Source: a virus
DNA length: 64,000 nucleotides
IMG/VR virus record: IMGVR_UViG_3300030012_004221
Span: 1 to 64,000 of that record
Direction: 5' to 3' (one strand)
In this document: positions 30,075 to 39,838 of the stretch, piece after piece
Layout of the letters: each line of letters opens with the position of its first letter
Position numbering within the stretch: position 1 is the stretch's first letter
Position numbers and translations under genes: made by a program
The notes under the pieces: generated by a model
The model's database searches: none
Seen by the model: only the letters and a program-made list of their open reading frames with translations
Told to the model about the DNA's origin: nothing

Positions 30075-30650
30075 TTATACGGTTTTATTATCGGTTTTAT
30101 ATTTAATTATAGATTCCATATAAGTGTTTTCTGGAGTATATGCATTTAATTCTGACGTTGAATCCTGACCATCTCTAGTTTTTAAAGGAGTACCCATACT
30201 TGGAAGTGGGGTTGTAGGACTTGTTGATGCTTTATAATTAGTATAAGTACCTTCACCACCTACAGTATTAAATTGATTTGGAGCTACCCTATTTGGACCT
30301 CCTGTTCCTCCTTGTCTTACCCCGGCTTCATCTGAGGTATTATCTAATGCTGTTACTTTTAAAATGCCTTCATCAGTAACTTCACCACCAGCATCAACTG
30401 ATACTAACGCTGATTTTTGGTTTCCTTCTTGCATATAAGGTTCTGTTGGTGAATATCTAGCCGAAAAACCACCATATTCAACACCATTTATTGTAACAGG
30501 ATCAGTATTAATAGGACCTCCTAAGGGTTCTTTATTTTCTAAATCTAGATTAGTTTTATTAAAACTTCCTCTTAACCCTTCTCTAGTACCTTTAACATCT
30601 AAATCTTCATTCGGTTTAATATTTGGTATGTCATTTCTTCCTTTTGCCAT
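30075..30650 (-). CDS. Low-complexity structural-module protein with internal duplication
   Basis: Two (T.LD...GGP...Y.P...YM) halves. Confidence 0.6.
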   Translation of the reverse strand: MAKGRNDIPNIKPNEDLDVKGTREGLRGSFNKTNLDLENKEPLGGPINTDPVTINGVEYGGFSARYSPTEPYMQEGNQKSALVSVDAGGEVTDEGILKVTALDNTSDEAGVRQGGTGGPNRVAPNQFNTVGGEGTYTNYKASTSPTTPLPSMGTPLKTRDGQDSTSELNAYTPENTYMESIIKYKTDNKTV

Positions 30651-30660
30651 AATTTAAATT

Positions 30661-32523
30661 TTATATTGGTACTACTCTACCTTTAATATCTGAATTAGGG
30701 AATTTAACTTCAAAAATCATAGGATCAATTGATGGATAAACAACACCATCAATTGTAGCACCTGGGATGTCATAAGCAAAATCACTATATCCTAATGCTA
30801 CACCTGTTAAATTATTAATTTGAATGTTTTTTACAGTTTGAACTCCTTCTACTTTATCTAATAAAACAAATAGATCTGAAAATAATATTGGTTGGTTTAT
30901 TTGCCAGTCATCTATATCAAAGTAATTAGATAATGAATCTATACATCTAGTTAAAACTTCACTATTGTTATAATTAGGTAATACTATTATATCAAATACT
31001 ACTTCAATATTAATAACAAAAGCATCTTTTATTTTAATAGAATCATTAATCATTCTATATTCTGCTAAATATGTTCTTAAATTTCTTTTAATTAATGATG
31101 ATGCTGATCTTAATTTTTTATCTGCATCATAAGTTAAAACATATAAATCTAAAATTGTTGGTAATTCACCTGGTTGGTAATCAGCTATTTTAGTTGGAAT
31201 AGCATATGCCTTTGCAATAGTACCTAAATTAGAAGGCATTGATAAAGTTCTAATTAAATAATCTTCTTTAGTTACTGCTCTTAATTGGTTTTGGAAATTA
31301 CCTACTGCATTTAATCTTAATTCTTCTATAGTATCACCATCTTGACCTCCATCTGCAGCTAATGGATTATTAGCTGATACTGATGCAAATATTGTGTTTG
31401 CTAAAGCTGTATCTGCTAAGTTTGGATTAACAAAAGTAAAATTAGTATCATCTAAAACAGTTAATGTACCTGCTTCTACATTTGAACTTACACCCCCACC
31501 AGTTAAATATCTAAATGTTAATGTTGTATTATATGGAGCAATTCCATAAGTATTTGTAAATATGAAGTTTAAAGGGGAAAATGCTGTTGTTAATTGGTCT
31601 CTTTCAAATGGTAAACCTAAACCTACATTATCAGGATTAGGAATTATTGTTTCATCATTATTTTTAGTTGAACCAGCCCCAAATTGAATTTGTAAAGAAC
31701 CTGAGTCTAAAAATCTAGTTACAAATCTTCTTTGTACTTGTTTTAACTGTAATAAATAAGGAGCATCTTCTTCTATATTATATGTTGGATCATTTGTATT
31801 TGTGTTTCTTATTGTATCATATACGTTTTCTTGCGCCATATTAGGTACTTCATACCACTCATTATCATCTGTATCTTTACAATCTAAAACGCCTATAATA
31901 TTAGAAGCTTTTATTGTTCTACTATCAAATCTTTCAGCTGCTGTAAAAGTAAAATCAATTGTGTTTATTGTAGCTGATATTGCTTTTCTACTCTTTTTTA
32001 ATAGATAAAATGTTGGGTTAACACCTGATATTTGGTATACAGAAACTGTAGTTGGATCTAAGGATCCTGATGCAGAAAAATCAACAACATCTTCTATTAA
32101 GAATTGTTGAGATGAATCAATATTAGATGTAATTTGAGTGTTTTCTGGTATAATCATTGCATAATCATAGTCAGGAACATATTCTCCACCCTCTAATTTA
32201 GCAGGAACTTGTTGGAAAAAATCTATATTAACACTAGCAGCTGTTGTTACTTTAGGTTCATAACCTAGTAAATAAGCCATTTGATATAAATTTTCTTGTT
32301 GTCTTGCTTTTTGAATAAATGTTTCTTGTATTTGATTATCTAAATAAAATGATAAAACATCACCTACATAAGAAGCCATTTCCATAAATAGCATACCTGT
32401 AGATGTATCTGAAAAATCATTAAATGTATCAGGAAAATAAGTTTTAGAATAGTTAATTAAAGCATTTCTAAATTGGTTAAAATCCCTATCAATATATCTT
32501 ATGTCTCTTTTTAAATCAGCCAT
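30661..32523 (-). CDS. gp6: Baseplate wedge protein (T4 gp6/baseplate J-like)
   Basis: RDFNQFR...YVGDVLSFYLD; FG; GGQDGDTIEELR; QLRAVTKEDY. Confidence 0.9.
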   Translation of the reverse strand: MADLKRDIRYIDRDFNQFRNALINYSKTYFPDTFNDFSDTSTGMLFMEMASYVGDVLSFYLDNQIQETFIQKARQQENLYQMAYLLGYEPKVTTAASVNIDFFQQVPAKLEGGEYVPDYDYAMIIPENTQITSNIDSSQQFLIEDVVDFSASGSLDPTTVSVYQISGVNPTFYLLKKSRKAISATINTIDFTFTAAERFDSRTIKASNIIGVLDCKDTDDNEWYEVPNMAQENVYDTIRNTNTNDPTYNIEEDAPYLLQLKQVQRRFVTRFLDSGSLQIQFGAGSTKNNDETIIPNPDNVGLGLPFERDQLTTAFSPLNFIFTNTYGIAPYNTTLTFRYLTGGGVSSNVEAGTLTVLDDTNFTFVNPNLADTALANTIFASVSANNPLAADGGQDGDTIEELRLNAVGNFQNQLRAVTKEDYLIRTLSMPSNLGTIAKAYAIPTKIADYQPGELPTILDLYVLTYDADKKLRSASSLIKRNLRTYLAEYRMINDSIKIKDAFVINIEVVFDIIVLPNYNNSEVLTRCIDSLSNYFDIDDWQINQPILFSDLFVLLDKVEGVQTVKNIQINNLTGVALGYSDFAYDIPGATIDGVVYPSIDPMIFEVKFPNSDIKGRVVPI

Positions 32524-32930
32524 TATTGTAGTAGTATGTTTATTTCATCACTTATATCAAAATTTTCTATTTGATAAGTTAATGTAAAATTAATTTCATT
32601 ATTATCTGGTTGATTATCAAATTGAATCTCTAAGATTATAACATTAGGGAAAAATAGTGATATATCATCCTGAATTCTTGCCTTCAAATCATCAGTAGTT
32701 CTATCTAAAATTTGTTCAAATAATAAAGCTCTTAAATCAGCCCCAAAATTTGGATTAAAAACTCTTTCACCTCTATTAGTTAATAAATAATTAATTAAAT
32801 TAGATTTTGTTTGTTCTCTAGTTGTAAATGTAGGGTTAAACACAGCAGGTCCATTAAAAGGAAGAGAAAACCCTACGGCTTTTCTTCCGATTGAATCTAT
32901 TGGATATTTACTTGCTATTATTCTTGCCAT
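32523..32930 (-). CDS. gp25: Baseplate protein gp25/GPW-like
   Basis: NLINYLLTNRGERVFNPNFGADL...LFE. Confidence 0.9.
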   Translation of the reverse strand: MARIIASKYPIDSIGRKAVGFSLPFNGPAVFNPTFTTREQTKSNLINYLLTNRGERVFNPNFGADLRALLFEQILDRTTDDLKARIQDDISLFFPNVIILEIQFDNQPDNNEINFTLTYQIENFDISDEINILLQ

Positions 32931-33274
32931 TATTTTTTCATTAATGATGCTATTTGTGACATATCAACTTCTCCTGCTGGTAGTGCTCCATTAGCTGAAT
33001 CAAAACCAGGTTGAGGTGTAAAACTTTGAGGTACATTATTAGTTGTAAAAGCAGCTGCAGTATCACCTAATATATTTTGATAAGCTGCTCTTTTTTCGGA
33101 AGCTGACATAACTGGTTGTTGTGGAGCTTGATGTTCTACAACTGGAGTTGATGTTATCTGTTGAGGGGCAACTTTAGGAGTTTTTACAGCTTCCAATAAA
33201 ATATCTTTTAATTCTTCTTGAATTGCTTCTCTAACTGCTTCTTTTATTATCTTTTTTAACTCTGATGACTTCAT
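32930..33274 (-). CDS. Hypothetical late protein
   Basis: MKSSELKKIIKEAVRE leader; late motif at 33282-33289. Confidence 0.7.
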   Translation of the reverse strand: MKSSELKKIIKEAVREAIQEELKDILLEAVKTPKVAPQQITSTPVVEHQAPQQPVMSASEKRAAYQNILGDTAAAFTTNNVPQSFTPQPGFDSANGALPAGEVDMSQIASLMKK

Positions 33275-33281
33275 TTTTTAT

Positions 33282-33289
33282 TATAAATA
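33282..33289 (-). promoter_or_regulatory. Late motif TATTTATA
   Basis: 7 nt upstream of ATG 33274. Confidence 0.6.
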
Positions 33290-33325
33290 TTATTATTATT
33301 AATTTTTTTAATTATTTTCGATGAT

Positions 33326-34936
33326 CTAATCATCATCTGTTTGTTCTAGTCTCACATATGTTTCAGCTTGATACTGAGGTAATATGTTATCTTGTTGAAT
33401 TACATTTAATTTAAATGAATATTCTCCAATTTCGTTGTAAGTGTATCTAAAAACTCTAGTTGCATTTTCAGATGTATATGTTTTAGTTGAAAAATCTGGG
33501 TTTTGATTAGTATTTAAATTTAATAATATATCTGGAACAAATGTTACCCCTACTATAGGGTCTTGTGTTTGACTTGAACCAAACCCTGTTGTATTATTAA
33601 ATGGGTTAATACCAGTTTTTATATAAATTCCTACAGACTGGGAAACAGCTGTTGTAATAACTCTACCTAATATTTGATTTAGAGAAGGATTGCTAAAGTT
33701 TGTAGGTAAATCAATGTGTCTACTTTCAGTACCATCATTTTCTAAATTACCCATATCAAATGATATAGCTAACCCTGGTGTTTGGTTAGTTGTACCTTGA
33801 GGACCAGATGAACCTTGTACACTAACTGCAGCCGTTGTATCTGTAGTTGTTTGATTACCTCTATTAAATTCACCTGATGTATTAAAATTAGTATTATTAT
33901 TTATATACCAAGTAGTATCTAGTTGTTCTATTACAAATTTTGCTTCTTCAACTAATACCTCAACAGAAGTACTATATGAATATTTTTTACCATAAATGTT
34001 ATAAACAACAATACCTTTATAAGGATTACCATCAAATTGGTTTATATTTTCTGCTCTAATTCTTCTTTGTGGAAAAGCAAATTCATTATTGGGATTATAT
34101 TCTAAAGTAAGTAACCAATCAGGGTTTGGAAATCCTGTTTTTTGATATAGAAACCTAGGATTAGCTCCTGGTTGTAATCTTCTAGTTAATTCTTCCTCAC
34201 TTGCTACATTTATATTAACATCAGTAGATATACCAGAAGTTGCTGCTACATTTCCTATTGTATTCATTAACCAATTTAAAGCACTAGCTTCATCTGATAA
34301 TGTCCAAGACACAGGAACTGTTTCCGGTATAGGAGGTATATTTAAGTTTAGGTCAATTTGAGAAGCATAGTAATTTCCATTAAAGGTAACATGATCTCCT
34401 ATATTATATTCAACATCAGGTCTCCATTCAAGATCACCTAATAATTCTTCAATACATTCATTTAAAACCCCATCTAATATTGTTAATTTATCTAATACTA
34501 TTTGAGATGATTCTGTTACTGTTTTTGCAACTGGTGGGACTATTTTAAGTGATGCTTTTGCTCCTTTTACTAAATCCCCTAATGTATCTAAGGAATCAGC
34601 TAATAAGGTTATTACATTAACTGGAATACCAATACCCGGAGGGACTGATGTTGGTAATGGTATACTTTTAATTACTTTAACAGCCGTTCCAACTGTTGTA
34701 ACTATAGTTTTAGTAGCATTTACTGTACTATTAACTCTTGAAAACTCACCTAATACATTAGATAATGCAGACTGAATTTGATTTTTTTGTTGTACTATTT
34801 TTAATAATTCATCCTTAGGAGGACATGATTCTTTAAATTTTTCAATCAAATCATCAATAGCTAATTCAAACTTCGAAGTATTTTTTATAATTCGAGTTGT
34901 AGATTTTACTAATAATTTCCCTAATGCTGAGCTCAT
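33326..34936 (-). CDS. Baseplate/tail-associated protein with helical hydrophobic N-region and CBM5/12-like insert
   Basis: PTSVPPGIGIP; EWRPDVEYNIGDHVTFNGNYY...PP...SW. Confidence 0.65.
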   Translation of the reverse strand: MSSALGKLLVKSTTRIIKNTSKFELAIDDLIEKFKESCPPKDELLKIVQQKNQIQSALSNVLGEFSRVNSTVNATKTIVTTVGTAVKVIKSIPLPTSVPPGIGIPVNVITLLADSLDTLGDLVKGAKASLKIVPPVAKTVTESSQIVLDKLTILDGVLNECIEELLGDLEWRPDVEYNIGDHVTFNGNYYASQIDLNLNIPPIPETVPVSWTLSDEASALNWLMNTIGNVAATSGISTDVNINVASEEELTRRLQPGANPRFLYQKTGFPNPDWLLTLEYNPNNEFAFPQRRIRAENINQFDGNPYKGIVVYNIYGKKYSYSTSVEVLVEEAKFVIEQLDTTWYINNNTNFNTSGEFNRGNQTTTDTTAAVSVQGSSGPQGTTNQTPGLAISFDMGNLENDGTESRHIDLPTNFSNPSLNQILGRVITTAVSQSVGIYIKTGINPFNNTTGFGSSQTQDPIVGVTFVPDILLNLNTNQNPDFSTKTYTSENATRVFRYTYNEIGEYSFKLNVIQQDNILPQYQAETYVRLEQTDDD

Positions 34937-34938
34937 TT

Positions 34939-36171
34939 TTATTTAGATTTACTAACCTTTGATTTATATGATTGAATTTTATTAAGCATATTTTGTGCTT
35001 TAACTAATGTTTGTGTTGCTGGAGCTGGTATAGCCCCATTAATAGCAAAAGGTGGTCCTGATCCTATAGGTGTACCTAATGCTGAGCAAAGTGAAATTAA
35101 AGATGATAATAATCTAGATAAATCACCTAAAAATTTATCACCTAATATTACTGGTTCTGTTGCATTTTTATCTCCTAAATAAATTTCTTTAGAAGCAACT
35201 ACTGTTTTTGGTGTATCTACATTTAGACTATTAACTGAATTTAAATTTATAGTATCAAAAGATGATAGTAATATATTATCTGTTTTAGAATTAAATAATA
35301 ATCTACCTGAGTTTATAATTACTTGTTCACCTGTAAATTTAGGAGCTGCTTCAGGAGATGAATCATATGATTTATAATTATCACTTGCTAATTCTATAGG
35401 TATTTCTTGTGTTGATGTTAAATATATACTTGATAAATCTGTGTTTATATCTTCAACTTGAGGTACCCAAGGTTCAGCATCATCTTCATGCTGACCATTT
35501 TTTAATATTGTAATAGGATCCCCATCATTACCTGATTTAGACCAAGGATTAGGTATTTGAGCTCCTTGTATAGTTGAACCAAATCTAATTGTTTGCCCCC
35601 ATCTACCTTGATATATTAAATCTCCAGCATAAGGTTGTAAATTTCTTATTTCTAACTTTTCCTGAAAATCAGTTCCTAAATCAATTTCAGTTCCACCATC
35701 TGTTACTCTTCTAACTGATCCAGCTTCTGTTTGTTGATAATCTGCTTGTTGAGATTCAGGATTTGCATCACCATAAATAGGATCTGGGATAGCATTATGG
35801 TGGGTGCTATTCCATATATTAATAGATTGAAAATAATAATATGATAAATTATTAACATCTGATTGAACACTACTATTAGGTAATGCTAAAACATATACTA
35901 TTTCATTATGTAATGGTATATTTGAATTATTTGGAAATAATGGTTTAGCAAAATTATCTGACGTAAATTGAGGATTTGAGTTTGGTTGGTTTAATCTATC
36001 AAAAAATATACAACCAATAGAGCTCCATTCCCCAAAATCTTTAAATACTTGACTTTGAGTTTTATCATCTATCATTGAAAACTTTACTCTAGCAGCAAAT
36101 ACTCCTGCTCTATTTACTTGAGCCGTTTTAATCTTATTAAACGAAGCTAATGTAGTTGATAATCTTGGCAT
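34939..36171 (-). CDS. Baseplate hub/central spike protein (gp5/gpV-like)
   Basis: OB-like N-part (PLHNEIV), GRWGQTIRFGS, beta-repeat C-part, EPVILGD. Confidence 0.75.
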   Translation of the reverse strand: MPRLSTTLASFNKIKTAQVNRAGVFAARVKFSMIDDKTQSQVFKDFGEWSSIGCIFFDRLNQPNSNPQFTSDNFAKPLFPNNSNIPLHNEIVYVLALPNSSVQSDVNNLSYYYFQSINIWNSTHHNAIPDPIYGDANPESQQADYQQTEAGSVRRVTDGGTEIDLGTDFQEKLEIRNLQPYAGDLIYQGRWGQTIRFGSTIQGAQIPNPWSKSGNDGDPITILKNGQHEDDAEPWVPQVEDINTDLSSIYLTSTQEIPIELASDNYKSYDSSPEAAPKFTGEQVIINSGRLLFNSKTDNILLSSFDTINLNSVNSLNVDTPKTVVASKEIYLGDKNATEPVILGDKFLGDLSRLLSSLISLCSALGTPIGSGPPFAINGAIPAPATQTLVKAQNMLNKIQSYKSKVSKSK

Positions 36172-36173
36172 GT

Positions 36174-36515
36174 TTATGCTTTTTTGTCTGAATGGATTTT
36201 ATCCATCTCAGCTAATAATTGTTGCTTTTCTTCTTCTGTAATGCCTAACCCACCATCATCATTTTGGTTTTGGAGTACTCTTTGAACTATTGTAGCCATT
36301 TTTATCAAAGCATCATCGTTTTTAACTCCTATCTCCATATATTCTTTTATAAGTGGTACTATAAGTGTTGCATCACCTATTTCTTGGACTAAAGGTTTTA
36401 ATTCAGAAATTAAAGCAACAACTTGAGCATCTCTCTTTTTTTGGTTTTGGTAAATTTCTTCTAAAATATCCGAAAATGTTTTTTTACCAAAAACTAGTGA
36501 ATCTAATTGTCCCAT
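36174..36515 (-). CDS. Conserved helical phage protein
   Basis: PLIKEYMEIGVKNDDALIKMATIVQR. Confidence 0.75.
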   Translation of the reverse strand: MGQLDSLVFGKKTFSDILEEIYQNQKKRDAQVVALISELKPLVQEIGDATLIVPLIKEYMEIGVKNDDALIKMATIVQRVLQNQNDDGGLGITEEEKQQLLAEMDKIHSDKKA

Positions 36516-36526
36516 AATTTTTTGGT

Positions 36527-36534
36527 TATAAATA
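36527..36534 (-). promoter_or_regulatory. Late motif TATTTATA heading the baseplate operon
   Basis: 11 nt upstream of ATG 36515. Confidence 0.65.
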
Positions 36535-36547
36535 TATATTTTTAAAA

Positions 36548-37363
36548 CTATTTTGGAGGAAAATAACCGTGATCTAAATAAAACAAATATTTTTCTTTAA
36601 AAATACTATATAGTTTATTTGCTATTTTTGTAATTTTTGGTGTTTTTACGTCAACCATTTCCCTAATGTAAATATAAAGTGCTTTTTTATTAAAAACATC
36701 TATATTATCTCTTTTTCTAAACAATTCTAGAATAGCATCTGCTATCATAGCATCATTACCCTTAGGAAACAAATCATATATTCTATCTGTACAGTACTCT
36801 ATATACTCATCTACAAATAAAGATAATCTATCTTCATATTTATAATCTTTTGGGATTTTAGAATCTGGTATGTTACTAAACTCTTCATTTTTTATGACAG
36901 TTTGAACATCATCTTCTACTCTTTTAGATGTAATAAAAGAAGGATCAGTTGTATCTAATTGGGAATAGTGGTTTAGATCTGATATTGAAATATTTTTAAT
37001 CTTTTTACCATAATTCTTTTGATTATATACTATTAACCATCTTTTTACTATAGTACCAAAGTAAGAATAGGCTTTAGCCCCATTAGTAGGGTCAAATTTA
37101 TGGATTTTAGATAATAAAAATACCATAATTTCATGTTGAAGATCTTCTAAATTTTCAACACCATCAGTATAATAAAATTTAAATGTGTGGATTATGTTTT
37201 CTGTTAATTTATAAAAGGCCCAATGAATTTTTTCTTCATATAATTTACTTCGTTCGTCCGGATCAGAAGAGCGATTATAATCAACAATCGCTTTTTCTGT
37301 TTCTTTGGTAAAATAAACTCTGCTCTGTTTTTGAGCTTTATGCCTTCTTATTATTTCATCCAT
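36548..37363 (-). CDS. Phage RNA polymerase sigma factor (late, gp55-like)
   Basis: Region-2 motif EDLQHE...KFDPTNGAKAYSYFGTIVKR. Confidence 0.85.
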   Translation of the reverse strand: MDEIIRRHKAQKQSRVYFTKETEKAIVDYNRSSDPDERSKLYEEKIHWAFYKLTENIIHTFKFYYTDGVENLEDLQHEIMVFLLSKIHKFDPTNGAKAYSYFGTIVKRWLIVYNQKNYGKKIKNISISDLNHYSQLDTTDPSFITSKRVEDDVQTVIKNEEFSNIPDSKIPKDYKYEDRLSLFVDEYIEYCTDRIYDLFPKGNDAMIADAILELFRKRDNIDVFNKKALYIYIREMVDVKTPKITKIANKLYSIFKEKYLFYLDHGYFPPK

Positions 37364-37656
37364 TATTTAAATTTTTTCAGTTGAAACTCATTTAGAATAT
37401 TTTGTATTTGTTTAATTTGTTTAAAGAAAAAACCTATTTCATCATCTGACGCAAATGAACCTTTAATGTCAATTTTTTTAACTTTTGCCTCTGCAGCTTC
37501 AATAACTCTAGATATTTTATCTAAGTATTCAAGATATCCAACTACAATGTCCTCTGCTTTTTCGTTTTTTCTAAGTAAATTTAACGTTGTAAATCCTAAA
37601 ATGATACAAACAACTGAAAGAAGAATTATAATAATGGTTGGGACTGTTATAATCAT
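37363..37656 (-). CDS. Single-TM membrane protein
   Basis: N-terminal TM; FASDDEIGFFF. Confidence 0.75.
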   Translation of the reverse strand: MIITVPTIIIILLSVVCIILGFTTLNLLRKNEKAEDIVVGYLEYLDKISRVIEAAEAKVKKIDIKGSFASDDEIGFFFKQIKQIQNILNEFQLKKFK

Positions 37657-38429
37657 AATTTATCAAATATATTTTTTAAGCCTTCACTTTTAATAGTGCC
37701 CAATGCTTTATTTTTTACATTAGATTTTTTGCTATCAGTACTCAATGTATAATTTCCCTTTTTACCATCCAAGTTATTTTTAAATTTAGGTAACCATTCT
37801 CTTTCAAATTCAATTCTAGCAGCCATCATATCTGCAAAATGTAATATAAAAGGCAATGCAGTCCTTGGTTTTGTTTCTGGCATATATGATTTTAAATATT
37901 TTTCATTTGCTACATCATATAAACCATCATGTGTTTGAATAGCAACCATTTCATTAAAAGTATATTTAACATCATGTTGTTGAAGTAAAAATAAACCTCT
38001 ATCTGGAACAGCTGCAAAAGCAATTTCTTTATTATGCATATAATCCTCACCTAATTTTTCTCTTCTCCATTTATCAGTTTGAGGTAAATATGATTCATGG
38101 GTTTCATCTCCCATTTTACCTAAATCATGATTAATAGCTGAAAATACTAGTTCTTCTTTTGTAAAAGTAGACATATCTGTACCTTCTTCTTTCCATAATT
38201 CATATTGTTTTAAAGCACAATCAACTACTCTATTAACATGCTCAACATACCCACCTGGGAATGCGTTATGATATTCTTTTTTATGTGAAGCAGGCATTAA
38301 CATTAGTCTATCCTGGAATTTAGAATAGAAGTCTAGTAATTTTTGTTTACGATCGCCTGTAATATAATTGCTGATATTAGCGTTAAATGTTTCCCAATTA
38401 TTTTGGATTTGTTCTGCTGATAATTTCAT
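37653..38429 (-). CDS. HD-domain phosphohydrolase (YhaM-like)
   Basis: HNAFPGGYVEH...HDLGK...HDG...HFAD. Confidence 0.85.
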   Translation of the reverse strand: MKLSAEQIQNNWETFNANISNYITGDRKQKLLDFYSKFQDRLMLMPASHKKEYHNAFPGGYVEHVNRVVDCALKQYELWKEEGTDMSTFTKEELVFSAINHDLGKMGDETHESYLPQTDKWRREKLGEDYMHNKEIAFAAVPDRGLFLLQQHDVKYTFNEMVAIQTHDGLYDVANEKYLKSYMPETKPRTALPFILHFADMMAARIEFEREWLPKFKNNLDGKKGNYTLSTDSKKSNVKNKALGTIKSEGLKNIFDKL

Positions 38430-38446
38430 AACTTTTATTTTTTGGT

Positions 38447-38644
38447 TTAACCTTGTCTTAATGGTGATGCTTCTCTTTCTACTAATGATTCTAGATCTTC
38501 TATAGTTTCATATAAATCTTTTAAACCATTTCTAAAATCTTGAGCTGAGGATTGACCTCTTGCCACCATTAAATCTAAATTTTTGATTTTTGATTTGATA
38601 TTAGTAAATCTTTTGTCTACTAATTCTTTATTTCTAAATGCCAT
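38447..38644 (-). CDS. Hypothetical protein
   Basis: 65 aa, helical. Confidence 0.65.
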   Translation of the reverse strand: MAFRNKELVDKRFTNIKSKIKNLDLMVARGQSSAQDFRNGLKDLYETIEDLESLVEREASPLRQG

Positions 38645-38754
38645 AATTGTAATTTATTAATTAATATACTGGAATATATGAATTATTCCTGTTCCATCCA
38701 CCCCTTATTCCTAATTCCCTTATCTCTCTATTTTCTTTAAAACCCTGTATCTCC

Positions 38755-38784
38755 AAGGTACTAGAAAAAAATTAGGTAACCAAG
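38755..38784 (-). promoter_or_regulatory. Variant -33/-7 promoter (CTTGG-N15-CTAGTACCTT)
   Basis: Same spacing; TACCTTGG resembles TAnnTTTG. Confidence 0.4.
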
Positions 38785-38790
38785 CTTAGA

Positions 38791-39216
38791 TTAGTTTTTT
38801 CGTGAAATATTTTTGATTTTTAGTATTTTAGCACACTTCTCATACTCCTCACATTCAGTAAAGTGTTTAAGCCCCATTTCTAATGTAGCAATAAATTCTT
38901 CATTACTATAACTTAAAATAGTGAGTATGTGATCATCATTATTTAAATCTAATTTGTTTAAATAAGACCATGCTCTATTGAATGCAACAAACTTTCCTGC
39001 TTCTCTAATATCACTTATATCAAATTCACCATTAGATTGTTTAAAGAAATTAGCTACTTTTTTTGAAAAATTAATATGATTTAAAATTAACTTTTTCCAC
39101 ATTCCACAAAAATAAAGTGGTTGATTTTCAAAATCAAGATGGGTTTTGTTTTCTTTTCTTAAATCTTCGGGAGTAAATAAGTTAAATAAGTTTTCTAGGT
39201 TAAGCATTTTTATCAT
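38791..39216 (-). CDS. Protein with C-terminal UVR (UvrB/C)-like motif
   Basis: EEYEKCAKI. Confidence 0.7.
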   Translation of the reverse strand: MIKMLNLENLFNLFTPEDLRKENKTHLDFENQPLYFCGMWKKLILNHINFSKKVANFFKQSNGEFDISDIREAGKFVAFNRAWSYLNKLDLNNDDHILTILSYSNEEFIATLEMGLKHFTECEEYEKCAKILKIKNISRKN

Positions 39217-39221
39217 AAATA

Positions 39222-39410
39222 TTAGTATTTGTCAAGTGATGGACCTCCTTTAATCCTATAGAGGGCATAACTCCACCTTTCTTTTGCAGATTTATGACTA
39301 TGCTTGTCCTGACGTGCCATTTTTTCAAGCTGGTTATCAAATTCTTTTTTGATACCATCAGCAACAACCGTATTGTAAATTTCAACTAATTCGTCTTCGT
39401 AGTGACCCAT
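39222..39410 (-). CDS. Hypothetical protein
   Basis: 62 aa; variant promoter at 39418-39447. Confidence 0.65.
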   Translation of the reverse strand: MGHYEDELVEIYNTVVADGIKKEFDNQLEKMARQDKHSHKSAKERWSYALYRIKGGPSLDKY

Positions 39411-39447
39411 AACACTTAATATATGGTATAAATACTACAAATCCAAC

Positions 39448-39630
39448 CTATTTTGTATTTTTTTGTTGTTTAATGTTATAGAAGTAATCTTCAGCTTCTT
39501 TTTGTTCTTGAAATAATTTTTCTTTATCTTTATCAGATAAACTATTCCACCATTCATCATGTTGAGCTACCATTTCTTCCATAGTAACTGGTTTAGATTC
39601 TTTTTCCCACTTATTATTCATATCTTTCAT
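39448..39630 (-). CDS. Hypothetical protein
   Basis: 60 aa. Confidence 0.6.
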   Translation of the reverse strand: MKDMNNKWEKESKPVTMEEMVAQHDEWWNSLSDKDKEKLFQEQKEAEDYFYNIKQQKNTK

Positions 39631-39636
39631 TTTTAA

Positions 39637-39819
39637 TTATTTTCTTGAGTAATTACCTGTATATTCATAAAATAATCCTTTAGTAGGATGATTGATGCTA
39701 TTTCCTGTTACTACAAATTCATGTAATTTAGAATTCATCATTTGAGCTTTTAAAGCTGTTATATATAATCTATTATTTAATAATATACTGTTTTTTGAGT
39801 TTACGTTTATTCTTGCCAT
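39637..39819 (-). CDS. Hypothetical protein
   Basis: 60 aa; AAAAGTTATG leader. Confidence 0.6.
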   Translation of the reverse strand: MARINVNSKNSILLNNRLYITALKAQMMNSKLHEFVVTGNSINHPTKGLFYEYTGNYSRK

Positions 39820-39838
39820 AACTTTTATTTATTTTAAA

